From assembly GCA_965649125.1 (NCBI GenBank), contig CBFGJO010000003.1, positions 1,459 through 65,458 on the forward strand: a stretch of DNA of 64,000 nt, given 5' to 3'. Source of the DNA: a candidate division WOR-3 bacterium. Lineage in GTDB: Bacteria > Hydrothermota > Hydrothermia > Hydrothermales > Hydrothermaceae. Each line of letters opens with the position of its first letter. Position 1 is the first letter of the stretch. The notes beneath the pieces were generated by a model that had not been told where the DNA came from, did no database searches, and saw nothing but the letters and a program-made list of their open reading frames with translations. The position numbers and the translations under genes were made by a program. This document shows, one piece after another, positions 17,902 through 27,991 of the stretch.

Positions 17902-20900
17902 TTAACAATTGAAAATTTAAAAAAACCCTTCTTTTTCCCAAACTCCCATCTTAAAATATAAATTCCTGAACCAAACCCACTTAAATCAATATCAAACTCG
18001 TTGAATTCGTTCCCCTTAATAAAAAATTTATTATTCTTTAATTTTATTCCTGAAAATGTCCAGAATTCCACTTTTAAATAACCTGAATTTTCAAAAAATG
18101 CCCTTAAAGTTGCTTTATTCTGTTTTAAAATTGATGGATAAATATAAACTCTTTCCTTTTCTTCCCTTTCCAAGGGAGTTAAATGGATCTTGAAAAAGGA
18201 TGTATTCTTATTATCATAACCTATTTTGGGAAAGATGATAGAATCTATTTTTAAATTGAATACATGGACCTCACAAAAATTTGAAAATGCAGATATTTCA
18301 TATTTACCATCTTTATCAACATCAGTTAAAATTGCATTCCCACTATTTGGAATATTCAATGGAAAATATGGGTCTTTATTAAAATCTTCATAAATTTGAG
18401 AAAACTTAAATGAATCAGGATATGAAATTGAAAATTTATTTTTAAAATAAAAAGTTAATGGAATGCTGTAAGGACTTAAATATTTATCACCTTTTATCCT
18501 TAATGGAAATTCATTAACATAACTTCCATTATGATTTAAAACTATTAGACTATCACCTTTTATAAAACATATCTCAAAATATCCATCTTTATCAAAATCT
18601 AAAAGGGATAGAGAAGAAAATTTTCCTTTCCCGGTATTTTTTTGACCCTCAATCTCTCCATTTAAATTGATTATATAAAAATTTCCATCCCCTCTTAAAA
18701 CTGCAATCTCATATTCATTATCAGAATCAAAATCTGCAATCAAAGGGAGTGAAGTTGTATTATAAAGGGCAGGTGAAAAAATAGGGAATCCATCTTTTTC
18801 ATTTAAATCTTTATCAATCAAATGTAAAACACCATCTTCATTTAAAATCACAAGATATTTTTTATTTTCTTTTTCTACAATTCCAAGACCTTTCCCGCAA
18901 GAAGTTGCATAAAATGATTTATAAGATAAATTTAATGGATTTAAAATATAATTGTTTCCATCTTCACATGAGAATATTATTTCTTCATCCTCTATAAAAT
19001 TGTAAATCATTGGAGGAGAAGTTATTTTTGAAAAGTAAACTGGAAATCCAGGAAAAATTTCTGGTGAGGGTTTTTTAAGAGAATACACTCTTAAACACCT
19101 ATCCGTTGCAAAAACAATTTCATAAATCCCATCATTATCAAAATCATAAAAAGAAGGTGGAAATTTTATCTCTTCATTTTCTAAATCAATGTATGGTGAA
19201 TTACCATAATTTGTTCCATCATTTTTTAAAATATAAATTTTCCCTCCACTTACAGCGCTTCCATAAAAGTTAAGTGTTAAATTTCCTGTTAGAATAAATT
19301 CTCCATTTCCATCTGAATCTATATCCAGAAAATTTATAAATGTTTCATTAAAATAATATCCTGAGTCTTTAAAAACCTCATCACATACAATCGGGAATGG
19401 CTTAAGATAGATATCCCTTTTATATCTTGCATTCATATATTCTCCTGAAAAACCACTTATCTCGGATAACTCTATAAAAGATTTTCCCTTATCCCAACTC
19501 TCTGAGGAAGGACAGGTAAAAATCCCAAATTTCTCATTATTACCCCTATAAAATGGGTCAAATTTTGAGCCAAACCATGTGTATGGATACTCTGTCCATT
19601 TATCCAGGTCCTGGATACAATCAGCCTCTTCAATATCAACACCTTTATGGATATCATTTGAATTTACCTCCCAATAATAGTTATAAACAATTTCTTCGTC
19701 AATATGCCATATTAAAAGACCACCAGATGGTAAAACGAAATCATAGTTACCATAAGGAGAGATTAAAACCCCACCTTTTTTAAAATATTTTAATGAATCA
19801 TAAAGATCTCTCTTTCTGAATTCACATAAAAAATATTCCCTTAAATCAATTGGAATCATTAATATTCTTGTTCCAAAAATCGTGTCAGGTAAATAGTTTA
19901 TTGTATCAGAAACATAGGGTGTTGATGGATAAATCTTTATTATTGAATCAAAACCAGAACCCTCTATTGTATCTATCAAACCATCTAAAAATCCAAAACC
20001 CCATAGAGGGTCATAATAGTTCCATGCCTCTGGATCAAAATATCTTTTTGGCATAAATCTCATCGTATAATCTATCCATAATCTTGTCCATGCACCATAG
20101 AAACTTGGAATTATTCCAGAAATCCTTGCAGTATCATCAATAGGAGTTTTTGCAATTATTTCAGACCATCCACCTGCCCCCATTAAATCCCATGCACCAA
20201 CACCTGTTGACCTTCCATAAATATCATACAGGTCAGTTAAATAAAAGGCATCATGACCAAACTCATGAAATAAAAGACCCTGAAGTTTTACAAAAAACGC
20301 GTCCTGAGAACCTGTCTCAGGTAATATTATTCCTCCAGAAATTGAATCAGATTGATTATTTAATAAAATATAAGGAAAGCCCAGATAATATTCAAGGGCA
20401 CCCTGAGGAATTGTAACAGTTGCTATATCAAAAGGAGTATCCCAGAATACATCTGTTTGCCATGTGCTTCCTGCATGAAATATTATTATAACATCCTTTA
20501 TTCCTTCTAAATGGTCTCTTACACCATTTTTATTCAAATCATCAAAATCAATACTTGTATCCTGATCCGCCAAAAAGAGTGCATCTTTAAAAAGTCTAAC
20601 AAGACCTATATCAAAATTGAGAGTATCACCATAATATCTCATTGGATATGGTAAAATATAAAAAGAGTCATTTTTATCAGGTTTAACTGTATATTCTATT
20701 TTTATTTTTCCATAAGAGATTGCAGAGATATACGATTTTAATGATTCAAGAACATTTTCAAAATATTTTTTATCATGGGGTGGTTCATAAAATAAAGAAT
20801 TTGTATCACCTATTGAATCAAGATTACCTTTTAAATTAAACCAGCCATTCCCGGTCGTTAAAGGGTCATCAATTTCTTCTTTTTTAAAAGCAACCCTTAT

Positions 20901-21137
20901 TGCAAGTATATGAATCCTTGCAGTATCATTTTGTTTTTTTATTTTTTCATTTTTATATATTTCTTTAAATTCAAGAACTCTCCTTATTTTATTTGAATTA
21001 AATTTTGAAATCTTTCTCCTTACCATTATATCTTTTTTTAATGCATTCTCTGATTTCTTAGACGGCAAAGTTTTCAAGGGATAAGAAAATAAAAAGGAAG
21101 TATTCAAAACAAAAGAAAATATTAAAAGTTTCTTCAT
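17898..21137 (-). CDS. secreted M6 (immune inhibitor A-like) metalloprotease with FG-GAP-like repeats and T9SS-type C-terminal domain
   Basis: HEXXH in LLFHEFGHDAF. Five D-x-D-x-DG-x-x-E repeats (DIDSDGNGEF, DFDNDGIYEI, DFDSDNEYEI, DFDKDGYFEI, DVDKDGKYEI). The C-terminal ~80 aa end GIYILRWEFGKKKGFFKFSIVK. The start is placed at M14 (MKKLLIFSFVLNTSFLFS signal), although the ORF track start is 21176. Confidence 0.75.
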   Translation of the reverse strand: MKKLLIFSFVLNTSFLFSYPLKTLPSKKSENALKKDIMVRRKISKFNSNKIRRVLEFKEIYKNEKIKKQNDTARIHILAIRVAFKKEEIDDPLTTGNGWFNLKGNLDSIGDTNSLFYEPPHDKKYFENVLESLKSYISAISYGKIKIEYTVKPDKNDSFYILPYPMRYYGDTLNFDIGLVRLFKDALFLADQDTSIDFDDLNKNGVRDHLEGIKDVIIIFHAGSTWQTDVFWDTPFDIATVTIPQGALEYYLGFPYILLNNQSDSISGGIILPETGSQDAFFVKLQGLLFHEFGHDAFYLTDLYDIYGRSTGVGAWDLMGAGGWSEIIAKTPIDDTARISGIIPSFYGAWTRLWIDYTMRFMPKRYFDPEAWNYYDPLWGFGFLDGLIDTIEGSGFDSIIKIYPSTPYVSDTINYLPDTIFGTRILMIPIDLREYFLCEFRKRDLYDSLKYFKKGGVLISPYGNYDFVLPSGGLLIWHIDEEIVYNYYWEVNSNDIHKGVDIEEADCIQDLDKWTEYPYTWFGSKFDPFYRGNNEKFGIFTCPSSESWDKGKSFIELSEISGFSGEYMNARYKRDIYLKPFPIVCDEVFKDSGYYFNETFINFLDIDSDGNGEFILTGNLTLNFYGSAVSGGKIYILKNDGTNYGNSPYIDLENEEIKFPPSFYDFDNDGIYEIVFATDRCLRVYSLKKPSPEIFPGFPVYFSKITSPPMIYNFIEDEEIIFSCEDGNNYILNPLNLSYKSFYATSCGKGLGIVEKENKKYLVILNEDGVLHLIDKDLNEKDGFPIFSPALYNTTSLPLIADFDSDNEYEIAVLRGDGNFYIINLNGEIEGQKNTGKGKFSSLSLLDFDKDGYFEICFIKGDSLIVLNHNGSYVNEFPLRIKGDKYLSPYSIPLTFYFKNKFSISYPDSFKFSQIYEDFNKDPYFPLNIPNSGNAILTDVDKDGKYEISAFSNFCEVHVFNLKIDSIIFPKIGYDNKNTSFFKIHLTPLEREEKERVYIYPSILKQNKATLRAFFENSGYLKVEFWTFSGIKLKNNKFFIKGNEFNEFDIDLSGFGSGIYILRWEFGKKKGFFKFSIVK

Positions 21138-21196
21138 AAGTTGAAAATTATAATAGTTTGATTTTTTAAAGTTCAAATAATTATAATTAAGATTTT

Positions 21197-22516
21197 ATGA
21201 AAAAAATAAAAATTGGGGTAATAGGAGTTGGTAGAGTTGGTCTTGTAACAGCGGTTGGTTTTGCTGAAAAGGGATTTCATGTATATGGAATTGATAAAGA
21301 TTTAAAAAAGATTGAAAAATTAAATAAGGGCGAGGTTCCCTTTTATGAACCCGGTCTTGAGAAATTGCTCAGAAAAAACTTTGAAAAACTCTTTTTCACA
21401 AATAGTATTAAAGAGGCAATTTCAAAATGCAATGTTTTGTTTATATGTGTTGGAACGCCTCAAAGAGAGGATGGCTCTGCAGATCTTTCCTACGTTGAAG
21501 AGGTTACAAGGGAAATTGCAGCAAATCTTGAAAAATATACATTGATTGTTGAAAAATCAACTGTTCCTGTAAATACCTGTGAATGGATTAAAAAAATAAT
21601 GAAACTTTACCTTAAAAAAAATATACCTTATGATGTTGCTTCAAATCCTGAATTTTTAAGGGAAGGAAAAGCAATTTATGATTTCATGAATCCTGACAGA
21701 ATTGTAATAGGAGTTGAAAGTGAAAGAGCAAAAGAAATTCTTTTAGAAATATATAAAGATTTTAATTGTGAAAAAGTTATAACTGATATTAAAACTGCTG
21801 AGATAATAAAACATGCATCAAATGCATTCCTTGCAATGAAAATATCCTTCATAAATATGATCTCTGATCTCTGTGAAAAAGTCGGTGCTGATGTTGATTT
21901 AGTTGCTTATGCAATGGGACTTGATAAAAGAATAGGAAAAGAATTTCTAAAGGCTGGAATAGGTTATGGTGGTTCATGTTTCCCAAAGGATATAAAGGCT
22001 TTTAAAAGAATAGGAGATGAATATAAGCTTGATTTTTCATTAATTGAATGTGTTGATAGGATAAATGCTCAAAGACCTTATAAGTTTTTTGAAAAAGTAA
22101 AGGAAGCATTATGGAGCGTTAAGGATAAGGTTTTATGTGTATGGGGACTTTCATTTAAACCTGATACTGATGATGTAAGGGAAGCACCAAGCATAAAAAT
22201 AATAAAAATTTTATATGAAGAAGGTGCAATCCTGAATTTATATGATCCAAAAGCAAATGAGCCATTTAAAGAGGTATTTCCGCCAGATGAAAGAATAAGA
22301 TATTTTGATTCTCCTTATGAAGCAGCAAGGAATGCCCATGCGATATTGATACTCACTGAATGGGAAGAATTTAAGAATGTTGATTTTGAAAAATTAAAAT
22401 CCCTTGTAGAAATACCAATAATTGTTGATGGAAGAAATATCTTTGAAAAGGAAATGGTTTATAAAAAGGGTTTCTCTTATTATCCAATAGGGAAAAAACC
22501 GTGCGAATCCTTATAA
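21197..22516 (+). CDS. ugd: UDP-glucose 6-dehydrogenase
   Basis: IGVIGVGRVGLVTAVGFAEKG Rossmann motif, catalytic GYGGSCFPKD, and GLSFKPDTDDVREAP. Confidence 0.9.
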   Translation: MKKIKIGVIGVGRVGLVTAVGFAEKGFHVYGIDKDLKKIEKLNKGEVPFYEPGLEKLLRKNFEKLFFTNSIKEAISKCNVLFICVGTPQREDGSADLSYVEEVTREIAANLEKYTLIVEKSTVPVNTCEWIKKIMKLYLKKNIPYDVASNPEFLREGKAIYDFMNPDRIVIGVESERAKEILLEIYKDFNCEKVITDIKTAEIIKHASNAFLAMKISFINMISDLCEKVGADVDLVAYAMGLDKRIGKEFLKAGIGYGGSCFPKDIKAFKRIGDEYKLDFSLIECVDRINAQRPYKFFEKVKEALWSVKDKVLCVWGLSFKPDTDDVREAPSIKIIKILYEEGAILNLYDPKANEPFKEVFPPDERIRYFDSPYEAARNAHAILILTEWEEFKNVDFEKLKSLVEIPIIVDGRNIFEKEMVYKKGFSYYPIGKKPCESL

Positions 22517-23442
22517 CAGGCGTTTGTGGCTTTATAGGATCACATCTTGCTGAGAAATTTTTAAAGGAAGGAGAAGAAGTTTTCGGAATTGATAATTTTT
22601 TAACAGGAAATGAACAAAATCTTAAAGTGCTTCTAAAATATAAAAATTTTAAGTTTGAAAAAGTAAGTGTTGAAGATATTGAAAAAATTGAAAAGTTTGA
22701 TCTAATAATACATCTTGCCTCCTGTGCTTCCCCAAAAGATTATTTAAAATATCCTCTTGAAACAATGAGTGCAAATTCAATAGGAACATGGAAACTTCTT
22801 GAAATTTCAAAAAAAATTAATGCAAGATTTGTTTACGGTTCAACATCAGAAATTTATGGTGACCCCCTTGAAACTCCACAAAAAGAAGAATATCATGGAA
22901 ATGTAAATCCTGTTGGTGAAAGAAGCGTATATGATGAATCAAAGAGATTTGGCGAAGCCTTATGTATGGCTTATTATAGAAAATTTAAAGTTGATATTAG
23001 AATAGTAAGAATATTTAATACTTATGGACCAAGAATGAAAATGGATGATGGAAGGGTTATACCAAATTTTATAACCCAGGCTTTAAAAAACAAAGATTTA
23101 ACAATATATGGAGATGGTAATCAAACAAGAAGTTTTTGTTATGTAGATGACCTTATTGAAGGGATATCCAAATTTTCTTTAAAAGAAAAAGTGAAGGAAA
23201 GAATAATAAATCTTGGTAATCCAGATGAAGTTAAGATAAAGGATTTAGCAAACTTGATTTTAAAGTTAACGGGCTCAAAATCAAAAATGAAATTTTTTCC
23301 TCTTCCCCCTGATGACCCGAAAAGAAGGTGCCCTGATATCCAAAGGGCAAAAAATGAAATTAATTGGAAACCAAAAATAGGTCTTAAAGATGGGCTTTTA
23401 AAGACAATAGAGTATTTTAAGGAGGTTTTATGGAAATTTTAA
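22501..23442 (+). CDS. UDP-glucuronate decarboxylase (SDR epimerase/dehydratase family)
   Basis: ILITGVCGFIGSHL, STSEIYGDP, YDESKRFGE (YxxxK) and RIFNTYGPRM. GTG start overlaps ugd. Confidence 0.85.
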   Translation: MRILITGVCGFIGSHLAEKFLKEGEEVFGIDNFLTGNEQNLKVLLKYKNFKFEKVSVEDIEKIEKFDLIIHLASCASPKDYLKYPLETMSANSIGTWKLLEISKKINARFVYGSTSEIYGDPLETPQKEEYHGNVNPVGERSVYDESKRFGEALCMAYYRKFKVDIRIVRIFNTYGPRMKMDDGRVIPNFITQALKNKDLTIYGDGNQTRSFCYVDDLIEGISKFSLKEKVKERIINLGNPDEVKIKDLANLILKLTGSKSKMKFFPLPPDDPKRRCPDIQRAKNEINWKPKIGLKDGLLKTIEYFKEVLWKF

Positions 23443-25139
23443 ATTATGATATAATAATTGTGGGGGCAGGTCTTGCAGGTTTAAGGGCAGCAGTTGAGAT
23501 ATGCAGAAAAAATAATAAAGTAAAGGTTGCAATTCTCTCAAAGGTTATGCTTATAAGGGCTCACTCTGTATGTGCGGAAGGCGGAACAGCAGCAGTTTTA
23601 AATCCGGAAGGGGGTGACTCATTTGAACTTCATGCATGGGATACTGTAAAGGGTGCTGATTTCTTAGCAGATCAAGATGTTGTTATGAGATTTGTTAAAA
23701 TGTGCCCTGAAGAGATATATTTACTTGAGCACTGGGGAGCCCCCTGGTCAAGAAAGGAAGATGGAAGGATAAACCAGAGACCTTTTGGGGGACATACATA
23801 TCCAAGGGCAACATTTGCAGAGGATAAAACAGGCTTTTTTGAAATGCAAACTTTATACGATACTTTACAGAAATTTGATAACTGTGACAAATTTGAAGAA
23901 GTATTTGTTACAAAACTCTTTGTAGAGGATGAAAAATTTAATGGATTATATGCTTACGATATGGTAAATGGAAAATTCATTGTCTTAAAAGGAAAAGCAG
24001 TTATAATGGCAACAGGTGGAGGAGGAAGAATATATGCCTTTACAACATTCTCCCATAGTGTAACAGGTGATGGACTTGCGCTTGCTTATAAAGAAGGAAT
24101 CCCTTTAAGGAATATGGAATTTATGCAATTCCATCCAACAGGACTTGTTCCATCAGGAATTTTGATGACAGAGGCATGCAGGGGGGAAGGTGGTTATTTA
24201 AGGAATAATAAAGGTGAAAGATTTATGGAAAAATACGCACCTGACAAGATGGAACTTGCACCAAGGGACATAATTTCAAGAGCAGAGATGACAGAAATAC
24301 TTGAAGGAAGAGGATTTGAAGGTCCTGAGGGGCTTGATTATATCCATCTTGATTTAACCCATCTTGGAAGAGAGAGAATTTTGGAAAGGCTGCCTTTAAT
24401 AAGAGAAGTAACGATAAAATACATAGGGCTTGACCCTATTGAAAAACCAATCCCTGTAAGACCTGTTCAGCATTATACAATGGGAGGAATTGATGTTGAT
24501 ATTGATGGAAGAAGTAAATTTGCAAATCTATTTGCAGCAGGTGAGGTTGCCTGTAATGGGCTTCATGGGGCAAATAGACTCGGAACAAATTCAACAGCAG
24601 AATGTCTTGTATGGGGGAGAATAACAGGTGAAAAGGCACTTGAATTTGTTTTAAATGAAAAATTTGAACCAAAGATATCCGAAGGAAAAATAAAGGATGA
24701 GGAAAATAGAATAAAAAAGATATTTGAAATGGATGGAAAGGAAAATTTGTATTCTCTAAGGAAAGAATTGAGGCAAACAATGGACAAATATGTCGGTGTT
24801 TTTAGAGATAAAGAAGGACTTGAAACTGCAATAAAAAAGATAAGAGAAATAAAGGAAAAAATTAAAAATGTAAGGATAAACGATAAGAGTCTTTATTACA
24901 ACACTGACCTTACATCCTATCTTGAACTTGAAAATATGACTCTTGTTGCAGAAGTGGTTGCAGTTTCAGCAATTGAAAGAAAAGAATCAAGAGGAGCACA
25001 TGCAAGAAGAGATTATCCAAAAAGGGATGATGAAAATTATTTAAAGCATACAATTGCAGAATATACAGAGGAAGGACCAAAAATTTCTTACAGAGATGTT
25101 AAAATTACAATATGGAAACCTGTTGAAAGAAAATATTAA
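23430..25139 (+). CDS. sdhA: succinate dehydrogenase/fumarate reductase flavoprotein subunit
   Basis: DIIIVGAGLAGLRAA, RAHSVCAEGG (FAD-linking His context), FHPTG, CRGEGGYLRN and ESRGAHARRDYP. Confidence 0.9.
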   Translation: MEILNYDIIIVGAGLAGLRAAVEICRKNNKVKVAILSKVMLIRAHSVCAEGGTAAVLNPEGGDSFELHAWDTVKGADFLADQDVVMRFVKMCPEEIYLLEHWGAPWSRKEDGRINQRPFGGHTYPRATFAEDKTGFFEMQTLYDTLQKFDNCDKFEEVFVTKLFVEDEKFNGLYAYDMVNGKFIVLKGKAVIMATGGGGRIYAFTTFSHSVTGDGLALAYKEGIPLRNMEFMQFHPTGLVPSGILMTEACRGEGGYLRNNKGERFMEKYAPDKMELAPRDIISRAEMTEILEGRGFEGPEGLDYIHLDLTHLGRERILERLPLIREVTIKYIGLDPIEKPIPVRPVQHYTMGGIDVDIDGRSKFANLFAAGEVACNGLHGANRLGTNSTAECLVWGRITGEKALEFVLNEKFEPKISEGKIKDEENRIKKIFEMDGKENLYSLRKELRQTMDKYVGVFRDKEGLETAIKKIREIKEKIKNVRINDKSLYYNTDLTSYLELENMTLVAEVVAVSAIERKESRGAHARRDYPKRDDENYLKHTIAEYTEEGPKISYRDVKITIWKPVERKY

Positions 25140-25149
25140 GGAGGGAAAA

Positions 25150-25614
25150 GTGGTAAAAAATAAAAAGGGAATTTTAGGATGGATTTATTTAAAAGGGACA
25201 AATTTTGAAAGGTATCTTTATACCCTTCACAGGATAACAGGATTTATCCTTGTGATTTACATAACATTTCATATAATCCTTATGGGTTCAAGAAGTTTCT
25301 CTGAAAATGCCTGGAAAAAGGTTCTTGGATTTTTAGGAATAACTTTTGAAAATGGATTTTATAAAGTTAATCCAGTGGTTCATTTTTTTGAGTATTTCCT
25401 TGTTCTTGCAGTGCTTTTCCATGCCTTCAACGGGATGCGCCTTATATTCACAGAAATTGGAATCTTGATCGGTAAACCTTCAAGACCTGAATATCCTTAT
25501 ATTTCAAAATCAATAGTTTCTTCACGCCCTTTTATGATACTTTTAATGATAATAGCCTTTTTCTTTGTAATAATCGGAATATATGAATTTTTTTTAATCA
25601 AGGGGGGAAAATGA
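25150..25614 (+). CDS. succinate dehydrogenase/fumarate reductase membrane anchor (cytochrome b-like) subunit
   Basis: Three-TM protein between sdhA and sdhB, with His residues in TM segments (LHRITG, FHIILMG, LFHAFNG). The start is chosen at the GTG after AAGGAGGG. The ORF-track start 25054 overlaps sdhA. Confidence 0.6.
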   Translation: MVKNKKGILGWIYLKGTNFERYLYTLHRITGFILVIYITFHIILMGSRSFSENAWKKVLGFLGITFENGFYKVNPVVHFFEYFLVLAVLFHAFNGMRLIFTEIGILIGKPSRPEYPYISKSIVSSRPFMILLMIIAFFFVIIGIYEFFLIKGGK

Positions 25615-25970
25615 GAAAAATAGTTTTCTGGGGATTGCACCTTTTAGCAGGATTTTTTATCTTTTTCTTTCTTTTGTGGCACATATTTTATATGCATTAT
25701 GCTTCCTTAGGAAAAACAATTGGATTTGGAACAGTTTATCCCCTCATTTTTTCAGAAGTTGTTGCAAGAGCAAAAATGACTACTTTTAAAATTGCCTATG
25801 TTTTGTTTTTAATTTTTGTCCTTTATCATGCCTTCTATGGACTTAAAAATATCTTAATTGAAACAGAATTTGGGAAGAAGTTTGAAGTTCCTATAAAAAT
25901 CTTGATCATAATATTTGCATTATTCCTTTTTTTATACGGAATTTTTACCACACTAAAAATTGGAGGATAA
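25611..25970 (+). CDS. succinate dehydrogenase/fumarate reductase second membrane anchor subunit
   Basis: 119 aa with three TM segments and LWHIFYMHY / LYHAFYG His motifs. Has 4-nt overlaps in the sdh block. Confidence 0.5.
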   Translation: MRKIVFWGLHLLAGFFIFFFLLWHIFYMHYASLGKTIGFGTVYPLIFSEVVARAKMTTFKIAYVLFLIFVLYHAFYGLKNILIETEFGKKFEVPIKILIIIFALFLFLYGIFTTLKIGG

Positions 25971-25971
25971 A

Positions 25972-26775
25972 ATGAAAGAAATAACTTTTAAAATTTTAAG
26001 ATTTGATCCTGCAAAAGATAAAAAACCTTATTTTATGGAATATAAGATAAACGTAAAAGAGGGAGATACTGTTCTTGATGCACTTATATACATAAAAGAA
26101 AATATGGATTCAACACTTTCAATAAGGTATTCCTGTAGAATGGGGGTATGTGGTTCATGTGGGATGATAATAAACTCAAAACCTGAACTTGCTTGTCATA
26201 CACAGATATTTGAATTAAAATCAAATACAATAGAGGTAAGACCAATGCACAATTTACCTATTGTAAAGGACCTTGTAACAGATCTTTCTGATTATCTTAA
26301 AAAACATAAAAGCATAAAACCATATATAATAAGAAAAGATAAAGAGGAAATGGATAAACCAAAAAGAGAGTACGCCCAATTACCGGAAGAACTTCTTAAA
26401 TTTCTCCAGTTTTCTTATTGTATAAAGTGTGGATTATGTATAACACAATGTCCTACCTGTTCTGCTTATGAAGGATTTTTAGGACCATTTGTTTTAACAC
26501 AAGCATATAGATATTCAATTGATTCAAGGGACGAAGGATACAATGAAAGAATTAAAATAATACAATCTTCCCTTCCAAATTGCCATTTTGCAACTGCCTG
26601 CTCTTCTGCTTGTCCCAAAGGGGTTGACCCTGCGATGGCAATTCAACTTTTAAAAAGAATATCCATTCTAAATTCCTTAGGAATTTTTAAAAAGAGGATA
26701 TCAGAAATTCTTCCCCCACCTTCTCCTTCACCTGATAAGGATAAATATCCAAAGGCACCACCACCAACTGTTTAA
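25972..26775 (+). CDS. sdhB: succinate dehydrogenase/fumarate reductase iron-sulfur subunit
   Basis: CRMGVCGSCGM (2Fe-2S), CIKCGLCITQCP (4Fe-4S) and CHFATACSSACPKG (3Fe-4S). ATG preceded by GGAGGA. Pro-rich C-terminal tail PPPSPSPDKDKYPKAPPPTV. Confidence 0.9.
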   Translation: MKEITFKILRFDPAKDKKPYFMEYKINVKEGDTVLDALIYIKENMDSTLSIRYSCRMGVCGSCGMIINSKPELACHTQIFELKSNTIEVRPMHNLPIVKDLVTDLSDYLKKHKSIKPYIIRKDKEEMDKPKREYAQLPEELLKFLQFSYCIKCGLCITQCPTCSAYEGFLGPFVLTQAYRYSIDSRDEGYNERIKIIQSSLPNCHFATACSSACPKGVDPAMAIQLLKRISILNSLGIFKKRISEILPPPSPSPDKDKYPKAPPPTV

Positions 26776-26777
26776 TT

Positions 26778-27290
26778 TTGAAGGATGAATTAATTGTAAT
26801 ATTTACATCTTTACTTCCAGTTTCAGAATTAAGAGGGGCAATTCCTCTTGCAATTTTTAAATTTAAGTTCCCTCTCTTAAAAGCCTTTATTTTAAGTATA
26901 ATAGGGAATACGATTCCAGTTATTTTTTTAACTTTTCTTCTTGGAAGGGTTGAAAGATATTTATCAAAAATAAAATTTTTAAACAAAATATTCAATTTTC
27001 TGAAAATAAAAGCATTAAAAAGAGAAAAAATTTACGAAAAATATGGAATATTTGGAATATATCTATTTGTTGCAATTCCTTTACCTTTTACAGGTGCATG
27101 GACAGGCTGCTTGCTCTCCTATCTTTTGATGTTAAAACCCTTAAAAGCTTTTATTTCAATATTTTTCGGGATAATAACTGCGGGCATATTTGTAAGTTCT
27201 ATTATAATCGCTGGTATGAAATTTGGAATTTTTATAGGTATTTTGTTTGGAGCTTTTCTTCTCTTTATACTTAACTTATTAATAAAATGA
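26778..27290 (+). CDS. small multidrug-export-like membrane protein (COG2426-like)
   Basis: LLPVSELRGAIPLAI N-terminal motif and four TM segments. TTG start. Confidence 0.5.
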   Translation: MKDELIVIFTSLLPVSELRGAIPLAIFKFKFPLLKAFILSIIGNTIPVIFLTFLLGRVERYLSKIKFLNKIFNFLKIKALKREKIYEKYGIFGIYLFVAIPLPFTGAWTGCLLSYLLMLKPLKAFISIFFGIITAGIFVSSIIIAGMKFGIFIGILFGAFLLFILNLLIK

Positions 27291-27991
27291 AATTTTTAAA
27301 CTTTATCATTGGATTTATTCTCGGTAAAGAGTATGTATACAATGTATATTATGGAGTAATTGGAGCAGGTATTGCGCAGGTTGAAATTCCTGAAATAGTG
27401 ATTTACCGGGATATTCCATGTTACAGGATTGTTGCAAAGGGTTATACAAATAAATTTTTTTCCTTAATCTTTAATGTAAATGATAGAGTTGAATCTTACA
27501 TAGATACACATAATTTAAGAACAATAAGATATGAAAAACACTTAAGTGAAGGAACATGGAAGCAGGATGAATATGTTGAATTCTTTCATGAAAAGGAAAT
27601 TGCTGTTTATTCAAAGGGTGATACAGTTTTACTTCTTCCAAATTCTTTTGATATTGCAGGGATACTTTTTATGATAAGAAAAATGGATATAGAAGTTGGT
27701 GAGACAATTTCAGTGAATTTACATATTGATAGAAAAAATTGTAATTTAAAAATATTTGTAGAAAAAGAAGAAGAAGTTGAAACAGGAACAGGTAAACAAA
27801 AAGCCTATCTTTTAAAACTCTTACAGGAAAAGGGAGCATGTGGTGGAAAATCAGGACTTGAAACAATTTTTGGTTCAAAAGGCGGGCTTTCTGTATGGAT
27901 TTCAAAGGATGAAGAAAGAAAGATTTTAAAAATCTCTGCGAAAGTTTTCTTTGGTTCAATAAGAGCAATTTTAAAGGAGATAAGAGGATGA
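27287..27991 (+). CDS. DUF3108-like protein
   Basis: YRIVAKGYTNKFFSLIFNVNDRVESYIDTHNLRTIRYEKH resembles the DUF3108 beta-rich pattern. Assigned from memory only. Confidence 0.45.
   Translation: MKFLNFIIGFILGKEYVYNVYYGVIGAGIAQVEIPEIVIYRDIPCYRIVAKGYTNKFFSLIFNVNDRVESYIDTHNLRTIRYEKHLSEGTWKQDEYVEFFHEKEIAVYSKGDTVLLLPNSFDIAGILFMIRKMDIEVGETISVNLHIDRKNCNLKIFVEKEEEVETGTGKQKAYLLKLLQEKGACGGKSGLETIFGSKGGLSVWISKDEERKILKISAKVFFGSIRAILKEIRG

Noticed and set aside
24436-24780. Long antisense or alternate-frame ORFs inside confident genes: 24436-24780, 24563-24787, 32722-33087, 34592-34942, 46979-47314, 48935-49264, 49785-50135, 36236-36535, 38014-38340 and 55848-56150, plus most of the 60-100-aa ORFs in the track.
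   Set aside because: Each lies entirely within a gene that has clear family motifs on the other strand or in another frame. Their translations are low-complexity (Leu/Phe/Ser/Ile-rich) with no motifs. They are shadow ORFs.
25054-25149. ORF-track N-terminal extensions that overlap the upstream genes: 25054 for the sdh anchor, 52519 for the third module gene, 28914 for yebC, 45038 for paralog 2, 58847 for tsaD, 56940 for yicC and 21176 for the M6 protease.
   Set aside because: In each case an internal start has a better SD or an ATGA coupling. It also matches the known family N-terminus or gives a proper signal peptide.
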